A DNA stretch of 64,000 bases from Eubacteriales bacterium (GCA_045639125.1 JAZUCL010000021.1:11526-75525), one strand, 5' to 3'; shown: positions 17,389 through 28,225, counted from the first letter of the stretch. Made by a program: numbers and translations. Notes: generated by a model from the letters alone, not told the origin.

Positions 17389-19173
17389 TTACTTGGAAAG
17401 ATTTGCTTCAAGAGTAGCAAGTTCTGCCTTAAGTTCCTGGGGAAGTTTTGCTGGATCAAACTTTGCATAGAACTCCTTGATGCCTTTAACATCTTCAAGC
17501 CAGTAATCCTTTTCAACGGTCAAGATGCTCTTGAGATCTTCAAGACCAAACTTGTGGCCGTCTTCAATGGTGTAGTCAAGACCTGTAAGGTCAAGGTCTT
17601 CAGCCTTAGGAATAAAGCCGATTTCAGTTTCAACAGCGTCAACCTTGCCTTCGCAACGGTCAAGCATCCAAAGAAGAACACGCATATTGTCGCCAAATCC
17701 GGGCCACATAAACTTGCCGTTCTCATTAAGACGGAACCAGTTTACGTTGAAAATCTTGGGCTGATGGGTAATCTTCTTACCCATGTCAATCCAGTGCTGG
17801 AAGTACTCAGCCATATTATATCCACAGAAGGGAAGCATAGCCATAGGATCACGACGAACTACGCCGACTGCACCGGATGCTGCTGCGGTTGTTTCGGAAG
17901 CCATGATAGAGCCAACGAATACACCGTGGTTCCAGGAACGTGCTTCGTATACGAGGGGAGCAGTCTTTGCACGACGACCACCAAATACGATAGCGGAAAT
18001 CGGAACACCCTGGGGATTCTCAAATTCCTTGGAGATGCAGGGGCAGTTGATAGCAGGTGCTGTGAAACGGGAATTGGGATGTGCACCCTTGGAGCCGTCT
18101 GTAGGATCCCAAGGCTCGCCTTTCCAGTTGTTAACGCCAACAGGAGGATTCTTATCAAGACCTTCCCACCAAACGCCGCCATCAGCAGTCTTAACAACAT
18201 TGGTGAAGATGGTGTTCTTTCTGGTGGAAGCAAGTGCATTGGGGTTGGACTTATTGTTAGTACCGGGAGCAACGCCGAAGAAACCATTCTCGGGGTTACA
18301 AGCATAAAGTCTGCCGTCCTCACCAACACGAATCCATGCGATGTCATCGCCTACTGTCCATACCTTATAGCCCTTCTTCTGAAGGTACTCAGGCGGAATA
18401 AGCATAGCAAGGTTTGTCTTGCCACATGCAGAGGGGAATGCCGCAGTGATATACTTAATATCGCCATTTGGATACTCAATACCGAGAATAAGCATGTGTT
18501 CTGCCATCCAGCCTTCATTCTTACCAAGGTAAGAAGCAATACGCAGAGCGAAGCACTTTTTACCGAGAAGTACGTTGCCACCATAACCGGAGTTAACGGA
18601 CATGATAGTATTGTCCTGTGGGAACTGAACAATGTAGCGGTTCTCTTCGTCAATGTCAGCCTTTGCATGAAGACCCTTGATGTAATCGGGGCTGTCGCCC
18701 AGAGCCTCAAGAACGTTCTTGCCCACACGAGTCATAATAACCATGTTGAGTACAACATAGATAGAGTCGGTAAGTTCGATACCATACTTAGCAAAGGGAG
18801 AACCGACAGGACCCATGGAGTAGGGGATAACGTAGCAAGTTCTGCCAATCATGGAACCCTCGTAGAGTTTGTAGAGTTTCTCATACATCTCTTTGGGATC
18901 CATCCAGTTGTTTGTGGGACCTGCTTCTTCCTTAGTGGGAGCACAGATGAAGGTTCTACCCTCAACACGTGCAACGTCATTTACCGCTGTTCTGTGGTAG
19001 TAACAGCCAGGGAGAAGATCCTGGTTAAGCATTTCGATTTCGCCAGTGCTGCAAGCCTCTGCACGAAGTTCGTCAAGTTGTGCCTCACTGCCGTCAATCC
19101 ATACGACACGATCGGGTTTGGTCTTAGCAACCATTGCATTTACCCAATCAAGCACTGCTTTGTTGTTGGTCAT
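17389..19173 (-). CDS. pck: Phosphoenolpyruvate carboxykinase (GTP-dependent)
   Basis: 594 aa. The sequence is characteristic of GTP-PEPCK (NNWMDP, FPSACGKTN kinase-1a motif, WEGL...). Confidence 0.9.
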   Translation of the reverse strand: MTNNKAVLDWVNAMVAKTKPDRVVWIDGSEAQLDELRAEACSTGEIEMLNQDLLPGCYYHRTAVNDVARVEGRTFICAPTKEEAGPTNNWMDPKEMYEKLYKLYEGSMIGRTCYVIPYSMGPVGSPFAKYGIELTDSIYVVLNMVIMTRVGKNVLEALGDSPDYIKGLHAKADIDEENRYIVQFPQDNTIMSVNSGYGGNVLLGKKCFALRIASYLGKNEGWMAEHMLILGIEYPNGDIKYITAAFPSACGKTNLAMLIPPEYLQKKGYKVWTVGDDIAWIRVGEDGRLYACNPENGFFGVAPGTNNKSNPNALASTRKNTIFTNVVKTADGGVWWEGLDKNPPVGVNNWKGEPWDPTDGSKGAHPNSRFTAPAINCPCISKEFENPQGVPISAIVFGGRRAKTAPLVYEARSWNHGVFVGSIMASETTAAASGAVGVVRRDPMAMLPFCGYNMAEYFQHWIDMGKKITHQPKIFNVNWFRLNENGKFMWPGFGDNMRVLLWMLDRCEGKVDAVETEIGFIPKAEDLDLTGLDYTIEDGHKFGLEDLKSILTVEKDYWLEDVKGIKEFYAKFDPAKLPQELKAELATLEANLSK

Positions 19174-19223
19174 AATAATGCTCCTTTAATTAAATTATTT
19201 TATTTAGATTATCGCATAAAATA

Positions 19224-19253
19224 ATACTATCAAATTTTAGGTGGTTCTGTCAA
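19224..19253 (-). promoter_or_regulatory. Sigma-A promoter of pck
   Basis: Minus strand reads TTGACA, 18 nt spacer containing TGa, then TAGTAT. Confidence 0.5.
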
Positions 19254-19330
19254 TATTAAAATGCTTAATATTCATTATCTTTTTGTAAAGGTTATCTACT
19301 CTTTAGACAATACTTGCTGAAAAAACTACC

Positions 19331-19630
19331 TTAAGTTGCATTTTTACCGTCATTATCGTCTGAAAAAAGAGAGAAATCCTTCGTATCAAAGCGATCAGAT
19401 GATGGCATTTTCATTTTCTTTGGGATACGCTTTAACGGGTCATATTCAAATTTTCTGCAATGATAATTACATGATACAACACCATATTTTCGACATAACA
19501 TATCATTTTCGTCGATAATACTTGCACGCTCACACAGTCCACAGCGTTTCTCAGACTCTTTGTTAAAAAGCACGATTTGCCACTCCTTTGTTTGAAACGT
19601 ATTGCAAGATACGAGGAAAAAATAATTCAT
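19331..19630 (-). CDS. Cys-rich small protein of unknown function, translationally coupled to ylbJ
   Basis: The start is set at ATG 19630 because of an ATGA overlap with the ylbJ stop. Cysteine pattern is CGLC...C(x8)C(x3)C. Confidence 0.55.
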   Translation of the reverse strand: MNYFFLVSCNTFQTKEWQIVLFNKESEKRCGLCERASIIDENDMLCRKYGVVSCNYHCRKFEYDPLKRIPKKMKMPSSDRFDTKDFSLFSDDNDGKNAT

Positions 19631-20778
19631 TTTATTTGATTGTGCCCGCACCTCATATCTATAATACAGCATTTTTGCAAAAAGTTAAAGACTTTTTTTA
19701 TTCTTTTTCTCATTGTACAAAAAATAAATATGAAAACAGAGGATATTGACACAATATATATGGGAATGTTTAGGTTAAATGCTTGTTGTGAAGTGATAAT
19801 TACACTATCAAAAAAAGCGGGGAATAATGAAAGTGAAAGCCACGTCAAAAGAGCGGCAATTATACCTTGTGCGATCTTTGATATAAAATATAGTTTCATG
19901 GAAATGTCAGTATTTGATACGGAAAATGATGTTTGACAATGGACGCATATACCGCCAAATCCAAGTAAAAACGAACAGACAATAACTGATAGCGGAGTAG
20001 GTGTCAAATTACCTATTTCACGAATACCGCCTGTAACTTCAATTAGACCTTTAAGTGTAGCGGTAAGAAGTTGGGAGTTAATATGAATTATTGAAAAAAC
20101 ATGAAAATACTCTAATATGTGTATAAGTACAGCAAATATAACAAGGAATGAACATACATTGGCGATGCTTATAGTGCTGTCTTTTACTGCCGTTACAAAT
20201 ATTTTGGAAAAAGGAATGTTTTCGTATTTATTTTGACTTTTTGTATAACATATTTGTTTCTTTGGACGAAGTATAACGGCTATTACGGCCGATGAGATTA
20301 TATGGATTAAATAGAGAGTTACACCTATGAATACACTGTCAAAAAGATATATTCCCACAACCGACAGAATAAATGCAGGACCACAGTTGTTTGAAAATGA
20401 AATAGCACGCTCAGCCTCTTTTTTACTGCAACCGCCACATCTGTATACGGCACATACATTTTTTGCACCTACAGGGTAGCCACCGATTACACCAAGAAGA
20501 TATGCACAGCCTAAGTCTGTATTTATACGAAACAGACGACATACTGTATGTTTGGCAACAGTTCCAATTCCGTTTGACGTATTAAGTTTCATGATGATAG
20601 TTGATAAAACGAAGAATGGAAATAAAGATGGTATAACAGTTTCAATAGACAGCACGATACCGCTTTGGGCAGCGATGCCACAGCCTTTTGGGTCAAATAG
20701 CAGACCTAATGCAAAAAGTGACAGAAAAACAGTGACGGCAAAGCCTTTTAGCCGTCCTTTTTTTTCGATGTGTGACAT
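19627..20778 (-). CDS. ylbJ: Sporulation integral membrane protein YlbJ-like (nucleoside-recognition-domain membrane protein)
   Basis: 383-aa polytopic protein. The N-terminus resembles YlbJ (VIPSLFPFFVLS...). Strong RBS AAGGAGGG. Confidence 0.65.
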   Translation of the reverse strand: MSHIEKKGRLKGFAVTVFLSLFALGLLFDPKGCGIAAQSGIVLSIETVIPSLFPFFVLSTIIMKLNTSNGIGTVAKHTVCRLFRINTDLGCAYLLGVIGGYPVGAKNVCAVYRCGGCSKKEAERAISFSNNCGPAFILSVVGIYLFDSVFIGVTLYLIHIISSAVIAVILRPKKQICYTKSQNKYENIPFSKIFVTAVKDSTISIANVCSFLVIFAVLIHILEYFHVFSIIHINSQLLTATLKGLIEVTGGIREIGNLTPTPLSVIVCSFLLGFGGICVHCQTSFSVSNTDISMKLYFISKIAQGIIAALLTWLSLSLFPAFFDSVIITSQQAFNLNIPIYIVSISSVFIFIFCTMRKRIKKVFNFLQKCCIIDMRCGHNQIK

Positions 20779-20880
20779 ATAGTTTTTTATGCCCTCCTTT
20801 TTTATAAGTGGTATAAGTATATTCCATACGATACTAAATCAAGAAGTAGAAAAGATAAAATGGGGCATTGGAGGTTGTAT

Positions 20881-21159
20881 ATGAGCCAATATAAAAAGTC
20901 TTTACATGAGAAGATTTCAGAAAAACTTGATTTGCCCTTGGACGTTACGGCGAATCAACCACGCATTACGATACAAGGCTATCACGAGGCGGTAATATAT
21001 AACCACAAAGGAATTACAGAATACGGTGAGGAACGAATATGTATTGCAACGCAAAAGGCAACTGTTAAAATAACAGGTTTTGGTCTTACTATAAAAGCCA
21101 TGAATGGTGATGCGATATCGGTAGTCGGTCAACTTATCGGTATAGAGTTTTCCTATTAG
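20881..21159 (+). CDS. yqfC: Sporulation protein YqfC (YabP family)
   Basis: LDLPLDVTANQPRITIQGYHEAVIYNHKGITEY is typical of YqfC. GGAGG RBS precedes ATG 20881 and yqfD follows directly. Confidence 0.8.
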   Translation: MSQYKKSLHEKISEKLDLPLDVTANQPRITIQGYHEAVIYNHKGITEYGEERICIATQKATVKITGFGLTIKAMNGDAISVVGQLIGIEFSY

Positions 21160-21169
21160 GAGGGTGAGT

Positions 21170-22348
21170 ATGCTACAACGTAGTTTTCAGTATATGAAAG
21201 GTACTTTGCGTATAGCCGTTCTCGGTCCGTATCCTGAACGGTTTCTCAATTTGTGTGCGTCAGAAAGAATTGATGTTTGGTCATTGACACCTGTTGAACC
21301 TGGACGATTTGACGCAACTATATACTCGTCTGACTTTGTGCGTATTCACGCCTTTTCTGCACGTACAGGTTGTCGGGCAAAAATACTCAAGAAAAATGGT
21401 GTATACTTTACATCAAAACGAGTAAAGAAACGGTATGGTTTACTTGCAGGTGCGTTAGCGTTTTTTATTATGTGCGTTTCATTTTCTAATTTCGTATGGA
21501 CGTTTGAGGTGACAGGTTGCGAAACGATAAGTCCATCACGAGTCCTTGCAGCGTTGGAGGCTGAGGGAATTGCACCCGGTGTTCGTGCCGACAAGATACA
21601 CCCTGAACAACTACGAAACAGAATTCTTTTACAGTTAGATGAATTGTCGTGGCTGACAGTTACTGTACAAGGAAGTCATGCGGTAGTTGATGTTCGAGAA
21701 CGAATTGAAAAGCCTGAAATTATACCGCTAAATGAGCCGTGCGACGTGGTTGCATCTCAGTCAGGTCTTGTGACTATGATGCTTGCAAAGGAAGGCCAGC
21801 CAATGAAGAAAAAAGGGGACCTTGTTATAAAAGGAGATTTGCTTATAAGCCACAGCGTACCTGTAACGAATACGGAGGAGGTACGAACTGTACACGCAAT
21901 GGGGGAGGTATACGCACGTGTTTGGCGTACTGTCAGTGCTGTAACACCGCTATCTGTGAATGAAAAACGATACACAGATCGTTCTTTTGAACGGTGGGGA
22001 ATTATTTTTGGCACGAATCGAATAAATTTTTCAATAAATAGTGGTAATTTATATGAGAAATATGATAAAATAATAAATAGGTATGAGTTACGGGTAGGAG
22101 AGACAGTTTTACCTATCGCTCTTGTTCGTGAAACATACAAAGAATATGAGTGCGTTCAAGGAACTCTCGACCAGGAACGTGTAACTTTGTGCGGCGAGAC
22201 AGTTGCCAATACAATGATTGACGAATTGTCACGAGGAGCAAAGACAACGCTACTGTCTTGTGATACAACAGTGGACAATGGCGTTTTAGTTACTAAGATG
22301 ATAAAAGAGTGTACAATACAAATTGGGGAAACCGTCCCCTTGGGATAA
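21170..22348 (+). CDS. yqfD: Sporulation protein YqfD
   Basis: About 390 aa with a single mid-protein TM helix. It sits between yqfC and phoH as in Bacillus. AGGAGG RBS precedes ATG 21170. Confidence 0.8.
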   Translation: MLQRSFQYMKGTLRIAVLGPYPERFLNLCASERIDVWSLTPVEPGRFDATIYSSDFVRIHAFSARTGCRAKILKKNGVYFTSKRVKKRYGLLAGALAFFIMCVSFSNFVWTFEVTGCETISPSRVLAALEAEGIAPGVRADKIHPEQLRNRILLQLDELSWLTVTVQGSHAVVDVRERIEKPEIIPLNEPCDVVASQSGLVTMMLAKEGQPMKKKGDLVIKGDLLISHSVPVTNTEEVRTVHAMGEVYARVWRTVSAVTPLSVNEKRYTDRSFERWGIIFGTNRINFSINSGNLYEKYDKIINRYELRVGETVLPIALVRETYKEYECVQGTLDQERVTLCGETVANTMIDELSRGAKTTLLSCDTTVDNGVLVTKMIKECTIQIGETVPLG

Positions 22349-22385
22349 AGTCTTCTAAGACGATATACGAAAGGAGTAACTGATA

Positions 22386-23387
22386 ATGGAACAGATAATA
22401 AATGCGGAACGCTATGAACAAGTGATTGACGTATTTGGCTCGTTTGATGAGCATATCAGATTGATTGAATCTCAGTTGAATGTATCGGTAGTAAATAGAG
22501 ATAACGAAATAAAGGTCAGCGGTGAGCCTGAGAATGTAATGCTTGCAGGAAAGGCGATAGACGGACTTTTGACGTTGTCGGCACGTGGTGAGCGTATTAA
22601 CGCCCAAACGGTACAGTATATTATCAGTCTTGTACGTGAAGGTAGTGAAAGTAAAATATCCGATCTTGCAAAAGATGTAATTTGTGTTACTATAAAAGGT
22701 AAGCCTATAAAACCAAAAACGATAGGTCAGAAGAAGTATGCCGATGCAATTCGTAAAAATACAGTTACTATTGGTGTGGGACCTGCCGGTACAGGTAAAA
22801 CATATCTCGCCGTTGCGGCTGCCGTTGCGGCATTTCGTGACAAGCAGATAAATCGAATTATTATCACTCGTCCTGCCGTTGAAGCAGGTGAACGACTTGG
22901 ATTTTTACCGGGTGATTTACAGTCAAAGGTTGACCCTTATCTTAGACCGTTATATGATGCATTATTTGATATGCTTGGTGCAGAAACGTATCAGCGGTAT
23001 GTGGAACGTGGCAATATTGAGGTAGCACCTTTGGCGTATATGCGTGGTAGAACTCTTGACGACTCATTTATTATTCTTGATGAGGCACAAAATACCACTC
23101 CTGAACAGATGAAGATGTTCTTAACTCGTATCGGTTTTGGTTCACGTGCAATAGTCAACGGAGATATAACTCAAATTGACTTGCCTGACGGAAAACAGAG
23201 TGGTTTGAAAGAGGCATTAAAAGTTCTTCGTGATATTGAGGGAATTGCAATTTGCGAATTTACAGACAAGGACGTTGTACGTCATGAACTTGTACAGCGT
23301 ATTATCCGTGCCTATGAAAAGTACGACAAGGAAAAAGCACAGCGAAAGACACAGCGAAAATATACTGTGCATAAGGAAAAGGAATAA
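22386..23387 (+). CDS. phoH: PhoH-family ATPase
   Basis: Walker A GPAGTGKTYLAV and ILDEAQN are present, in the conserved phoH-ybeY context. Confidence 0.9.
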   Translation: MEQIINAERYEQVIDVFGSFDEHIRLIESQLNVSVVNRDNEIKVSGEPENVMLAGKAIDGLLTLSARGERINAQTVQYIISLVREGSESKISDLAKDVICVTIKGKPIKPKTIGQKKYADAIRKNTVTIGVGPAGTGKTYLAVAAAVAAFRDKQINRIIITRPAVEAGERLGFLPGDLQSKVDPYLRPLYDALFDMLGAETYQRYVERGNIEVAPLAYMRGRTLDDSFIILDEAQNTTPEQMKMFLTRIGFGSRAIVNGDITQIDLPDGKQSGLKEALKVLRDIEGIAICEFTDKDVVRHELVQRIIRAYEKYDKEKAQRKTQRKYTVHKEKE

Positions 23388-23389
23388 TT

Positions 23390-23890
23390 ATGAAACATAT
23401 AGTTACAATACACAGCGAAAAATCACATCTTGGCTCAACACCTGCACTACGCAGGCTTATGAAAGAGGCTATACGTGAGGCTCTTGAATTTGAGAAAGTA
23501 GAGTTTCTCTGTTCAGTAGCGGTAATGCTTACCGATGACGAGGGGATTTCTGCCATCAACTTGGAAACGAGAGGAATTGACAACCCGACGGACGTACTTT
23601 CATTTCCTATGCTTTCATGGTATGATGGAGATGGTGACGAGCCAGGTGAAGATGCTATTGACCCTGAAAATGATACAGTATTCTTAGGTGACATGGTGAT
23701 AAATGTTGACAGAGTACGACAGCAAGGCGAGGAGTTTGGACACGGTTTTGACAGAGAATGTGCGTATTTGACGGTACACTCAATACTCCATCTTCTTGGC
23801 TATGACCATGTTGACGATGAAAAGAGAAAGGCAGTTATGCGACAAAAGGAAGAGGCGATTATGTCACGTCTCGGACTTTTACGTGACTAA
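23390..23890 (+). CDS. ybeY: rRNA maturation endoribonuclease YbeY
   Basis: Zinc motif HSILHLLGYDH. Confidence 0.9.
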   Translation: MKHIVTIHSEKSHLGSTPALRRLMKEAIREALEFEKVEFLCSVAVMLTDDEGISAINLETRGIDNPTDVLSFPMLSWYDGDGDEPGEDAIDPENDTVFLGDMVINVDRVRQQGEEFGHGFDRECAYLTVHSILHLLGYDHVDDEKRKAVMRQKEEAIMSRLGLLRD

Positions 23891-23925
23891 AGTATTTATA
23901 TAGACAAAAGAGAGGAAGATTATTT

Positions 23926-24813
23926 TTGAATATTACAAAGACGGGTATGTTTTCCATAGTAGGTCGACCAAATGTGGGGAAAAGTACGCTTCTCAACGCT
24001 TTGGCAGGGGAGAAGATTGCTATTGTATCAAACAAACCACAGACGACACGAAATCGTATTTCAGGCATTGTCAATCGTGATGACAAGCAGTATATATTTA
24101 TTGATACACCCGGTTTCCATAAACCTCGTACACGACTTGGAGACTATATGGTAAATGTAGTTGAGGAGTCTGTAAACGATACTGATGTAGTGCTTCTTGT
24201 GGTTGAACCTCAACTACACGGCAAGCAGGAGGAAATCCTTGCTGAAAATATCAAGTCGAGTGGAGTGAACTCTATTTTAATTATCAATAAAATTGATACG
24301 ATAGAGAAAGAAAAACTCCTTGAAATAATCGCAGATTACAATACACTTCACGATTTTGATGCGATTATTCCTGTGTCGGCACAAAAGGGTGACGGACTTG
24401 AAATTCTCTTGTCTGAACTTGACAAATATCTTGTGGAAAGTGGAGCATTATTCCCGGAGGATATGCTAAGTGACCAGCCTGAAAAGGTTATTTTTGCCGA
24501 GTATATTCGTGAAAAAGCGTTGCGTTTACTTGACAGAGAAATTCCCCATGGTATTGCTGTTGAAATTGAAAAATTTGAGGAACGTGACAACGGAACATTG
24601 GAAATTGGTGCGGTTATATACTGTGAAAAGGACAGCCATAAGGGTATAATTATCGGTAAACAGGGAGCAATGTTAAAGAAAATTGGCTCACTTGCCCGTG
24701 CTGATATTGAGAAATTTACCGATACTAAGGTATATTTGACTCTATGGGTAAAGGTTAAAGAGGGCTGGCGTGACAACAGATACTTAATGCGGAGTTTTGG
24801 ATATGAATCTTAA
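23926..24813 (+). CDS. era: GTPase Era
   Basis: G1 motif GRPNVGKST, DTPG and NKID, with a C-terminal KH domain. TTG start with GAGG 9 nt upstream. Confidence 0.9.
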   Translation: MNITKTGMFSIVGRPNVGKSTLLNALAGEKIAIVSNKPQTTRNRISGIVNRDDKQYIFIDTPGFHKPRTRLGDYMVNVVEESVNDTDVVLLVVEPQLHGKQEEILAENIKSSGVNSILIINKIDTIEKEKLLEIIADYNTLHDFDAIIPVSAQKGDGLEILLSELDKYLVESGALFPEDMLSDQPEKVIFAEYIREKALRLLDREIPHGIAVEIEKFEERDNGTLEIGAVIYCEKDSHKGIIIGKQGAMLKKIGSLARADIEKFTDTKVYLTLWVKVKEGWRDNRYLMRSFGYES

Positions 24814-25573
24814 AACGAGAGGTCTCGTTATAGGTGAGCAGATCGTTAAGGAGAGTAACCGATACATTACCGTTTTGACTGAGAGTGAGGGACTTATAAG
24901 AGCGACGGCTTATGGTGCACAAAAGACATCAAGCCCAATTTCAGCACAAACAAGGCTGTTTGCCTGTGCAGACTTTAATTTCTCACAACGTAACGGATAT
25001 TATAAAGTGGAAACGGCTGATACGGTGGAGACGTTTTTTGAACTGTCGGAGTCTGTTGAGAATGTAGCGGTAGCATCATACTTTTGTGAACTCTTATCTG
25101 ATGTGGCTATTGCAGGAGTGGCAGACGGTGAAATTTTGCGTCTTGCACTATATGCATTATATGCCCTTACAAAACAGGGGTGCAATCACAGTCTTGTCAA
25201 AGCGGTATTTGAACTACGACTTATGGTTCTTTCAGGGTATGAGCCTGAATTCTGGTATTGCGGTGAGTGTGGCTGCCCTATAGAGGGAGAGGCTCGATTC
25301 TCTGTCACTGACGGTGTACTTGTATGTATGCGGTGCAAAAGGAAAACCATATCAGAGTGTATACTTACACCGTCGGCACTTGAGGCTATGCGGTATGTTC
25401 TTACTGCACCTGTAGAGAAAGTATTTCGCTTTACGCTTGGTAAAGAGTCTGAAAACTCAATGTCCGCAGCGAGTGAAGCATACGTACTTAAACAACTTGA
25501 CAGAAGTTACCGTAGCCTTGATGTATATAAATCGGTAACGGCATTTTCTGCGGTAGCAGGTATTGAAACTTAA
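24803..25573 (+). CDS. recO: DNA repair protein RecO
   Basis: It follows era. Zinc-finger CGECG...CMRC is present. ATG 24803 has an upstream GGAG. Confidence 0.85.
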   Translation: MNLKTRGLVIGEQIVKESNRYITVLTESEGLIRATAYGAQKTSSPISAQTRLFACADFNFSQRNGYYKVETADTVETFFELSESVENVAVASYFCELLSDVAIAGVADGEILRLALYALYALTKQGCNHSLVKAVFELRLMVLSGYEPEFWYCGECGCPIEGEARFSVTDGVLVCMRCKRKTISECILTPSALEAMRYVLTAPVEKVFRFTLGKESENSMSAASEAYVLKQLDRSYRSLDVYKSVTAFSAVAGIET

Positions 25574-25603
25574 ACATACGTTATATTGGAAAGGCAATCG
25601 TAT

Positions 25604-27994
25604 ATGACACTATATGAAAAGTCAATGAAAACTCTCGAACTGGATGCTGTGCTTAATGCATTATCGGCACAAGCAGTCAGTGAAATGGCGAAAGAGGAAC
25701 TTATGAACTTAAAACCACTTCGCTATGTAGAGGATATTCAAAAGAAAATGACAGAGTGTGAAGATGCTATGCGTCTTATGCTCAAACGTCAAACGCCTGC
25801 ATTTGCAGGACTTAAAGATTTGACGGCATCTATTAAACGTGCCCAGATGGGTGGCGTTTTGAATATGGCAGAACTTCTTAGTATTGCACGACTTCTTCGT
25901 ACTGCACGGCAAATGAAAGATTACAACGCAGACGAGGAGCGGGAAACGTCTCTTGATCAGATGTTTCGTATGCTGTCGGCAAACAAATATTTAGAAGAAA
26001 AGATTGATAGTGCAATTCTATCGGAAGATGAAATATCAGACAGTGCATCGTCAGAACTTCTAAATATTCGCCGTCAAATGAGGTCTGTTAATAATCGTGT
26101 TCGTGAAGTACTTCATAAAATTATATCAAGTTCAAATTACTCTCGTTACTTGCAGGAAAATATAATAACTGTTCGTGGTGACAGATTTGTTGTACCTGTA
26201 AAGGCGGAGTTTCGTGGTGAAGTGCAGGGCCTTGTCCATGACGTAAGTGCAAGCGGTGCCACCTTATTTATAGAGCCTGTATCTGTCGTTGAGGCAAACA
26301 ATGAACTGAAAATGCTTGCAGGACGTGAACAAAAGGAAATTGAGAGGATACTTGCTGAGTTTAGTGATGAGGTTGCAGGCTTTGCTGAGGGTATTATAGA
26401 TGATATGCGTGTGTTAACATACCTTGACTGCGTATTTGCAAAGGCAAAGTATGCGTTGCAAATTGATGCCGTTAAGCCGACTGTAACAGATGATGGCTGT
26501 ATTGACCTTGTACGTGCAAAACACCCTCTCCTTGAAAAGAAGAAGGCTGTACCTATTGATATACACATTGGAAAAACGTATGATACACTCGTTATCACCG
26601 GCCCAAATACCGGTGGTAAGACGGTTGCACTTAAAACTCTTGGACTGTTGACGCTCATGGTACAGTGTGGACTCCACATTCCTGTAAGTGAGAGAAGTAG
26701 TGTATCTTTGACAGGCAGTATATATGCCGATATAGGAGACGAACAAAGTATATCTCAATCTCTGTCTACATTCTCATCTCACATGACAAATATTGTGGGA
26801 ATTTTGTCGGAAATTGATGACAAAAGCCTCGTTCTGTTTGATGAACTTGGGGCAGGTACTGACCCTGTTGAGGGTGCGGCACTTGCAACGGCAATAATTG
26901 AAAATGTACGCAGAGTAGGGGCACGTGTTGCGGCAACTACTCACTATGCGGAACTTAAAAGTTATGCTCTTACAACAAAAGGTGTTGAGAATGCGGCGTG
27001 TGAATTTGACGTGGAAACACTACGTCCTACTTATAGACTTCTTATCGGTATCCCGGGAAAATCTAATGCCTTTGCTATTTCAAAACGACTTGGACTTGAC
27101 GAGAATATTATAGAAGAGGCACGCTCACTTCTTCATGCAGACAATGTAAAGTTTGAAGACATATTAAATGACTTGGAACGTCAGCGTCAGCAGATGGAAA
27201 AAGATTTGGCACAGGCAGAGTTTGCAAAACGTGATGCAGAAGAGGAACGCCGTCGTGCAAAACAATCCCGTGAGGCAATTTCAAGGGATAAGGAGCGTAT
27301 TCTTGACAAAGCACGTCAAGATGCCCAGTCACTTCTTGACGATACAAGGGCAACAACAGAGGTCGTATATGCAGAACTTGAAACGATGCGTAAAAAGGCA
27401 CAGACAGATGCATTAAATGACAATTTGTATGAGGCAAAGGCGGCTTTAGGCAAAGGGCTTAACGACTTACAAAAGAAACTGTCGCCATATCAAAAACAGA
27501 AAACTGCACCTAAACCGTCTCGTCCGTTGAAGGTGGGAGATACTGTTGAACTGCTGTCAACAGGCACTCGTGCCACAGTTATTGAAATTGGTTCAAAGGG
27601 CGATACATTTATACTCCAAGCAGGAATTTTGAAAATCAATGCAAAGTCAAATGAAGTGCGGTTGTGCGAAACTGAAAAGACTAATGTGCAGCAAATAATT
27701 CAAAGTAAATCGCCTGGCGTTTCTGTTCATATAGGCTCAAAGACTATGAATGCAACAACTGAAATTGACTTGCGTGGACAAAATAGCGATGATGCACTTA
27801 TGGAACTGTCACGTTTTATGGATTCGAGTATAATGGCGAATCTGCCATCTATACGAATTATTCACGGAAAAGGTACAGGTGTACTTCGTGCCGCAATTCA
27901 TAATGTTCTTCGTCGTGACAAACGAATAAAAAGTTTTAGACTTGGAATGTATGGCGAAGGTGAGAACGGAGTTACTATCGTTGAACTGCGATAA
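25604..27994 (+). CDS. mutS2: Endonuclease MutS2 (C-terminal Smr domain)
   Basis: Walker A GPNTGGKT and FDELGAGTDP are present. The C-terminus reads IDLRGQ...IIHGKGTGVLR, an Smr domain. Confidence 0.9.
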   Translation: MTLYEKSMKTLELDAVLNALSAQAVSEMAKEELMNLKPLRYVEDIQKKMTECEDAMRLMLKRQTPAFAGLKDLTASIKRAQMGGVLNMAELLSIARLLRTARQMKDYNADEERETSLDQMFRMLSANKYLEEKIDSAILSEDEISDSASSELLNIRRQMRSVNNRVREVLHKIISSSNYSRYLQENIITVRGDRFVVPVKAEFRGEVQGLVHDVSASGATLFIEPVSVVEANNELKMLAGREQKEIERILAEFSDEVAGFAEGIIDDMRVLTYLDCVFAKAKYALQIDAVKPTVTDDGCIDLVRAKHPLLEKKKAVPIDIHIGKTYDTLVITGPNTGGKTVALKTLGLLTLMVQCGLHIPVSERSSVSLTGSIYADIGDEQSISQSLSTFSSHMTNIVGILSEIDDKSLVLFDELGAGTDPVEGAALATAIIENVRRVGARVAATTHYAELKSYALTTKGVENAACEFDVETLRPTYRLLIGIPGKSNAFAISKRLGLDENIIEEARSLLHADNVKFEDILNDLERQRQQMEKDLAQAEFAKRDAEEERRRAKQSREAISRDKERILDKARQDAQSLLDDTRATTEVVYAELETMRKKAQTDALNDNLYEAKAALGKGLNDLQKKLSPYQKQKTAPKPSRPLKVGDTVELLSTGTRATVIEIGSKGDTFILQAGILKINAKSNEVRLCETEKTNVQQIIQSKSPGVSVHIGSKTMNATTEIDLRGQNSDDALMELSRFMDSSIMANLPSIRIIHGKGTGVLRAAIHNVLRRDKRIKSFRLGMYGEGENGVTIVELR

Positions 27995-28085
27995 ATTTGT
28001 AAAGTTTTTTCTCTAAAACATTAAATAATGTACTATTTTGTGAAAAAACATGGTACATTTCAATAATTATTGTGTAATTCACCCA

Positions 28086-28114
28086 TTGAATAGAGAACAG
28101 CATATAGGTATAAT
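28086..28114 (+). promoter_or_regulatory. Sigma-A promoter upstream of the HPr-like gene
   Basis: TTGAAT, 17 nt spacer, TATAAT. This leaves a leader of about 105 nt. Confidence 0.55.
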
Positions 28115-28225
28115 ACTACTATAAGTATATGTGTGGCGTTCAGACCTGTAAAAAGGTTTATGCTTGTAAATCGGGCAATTAGTTCGCTGTGCTGAACCAA
28201 AATTTGGAATAGGGAGCGATGAATT

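Noticed and set aside
17554-19224. 556-aa ORF antisense to the whole PEPCK gene
   Set aside because: It is a shadow ORF. Its composition is odd (rich in C/V/N/T, no motifs), there is no RBS, and it mirrors the pck frame. A highly expressed gene that avoids the sense codons TTA, CTA and TCA leaves the opposite strand free of stops.
19281-19300. cre-like sequence TGTAAAGGTTATCT near the pck promoter
   Set aside because: It lacks the central CG of the cre consensus and lies upstream of the -35.
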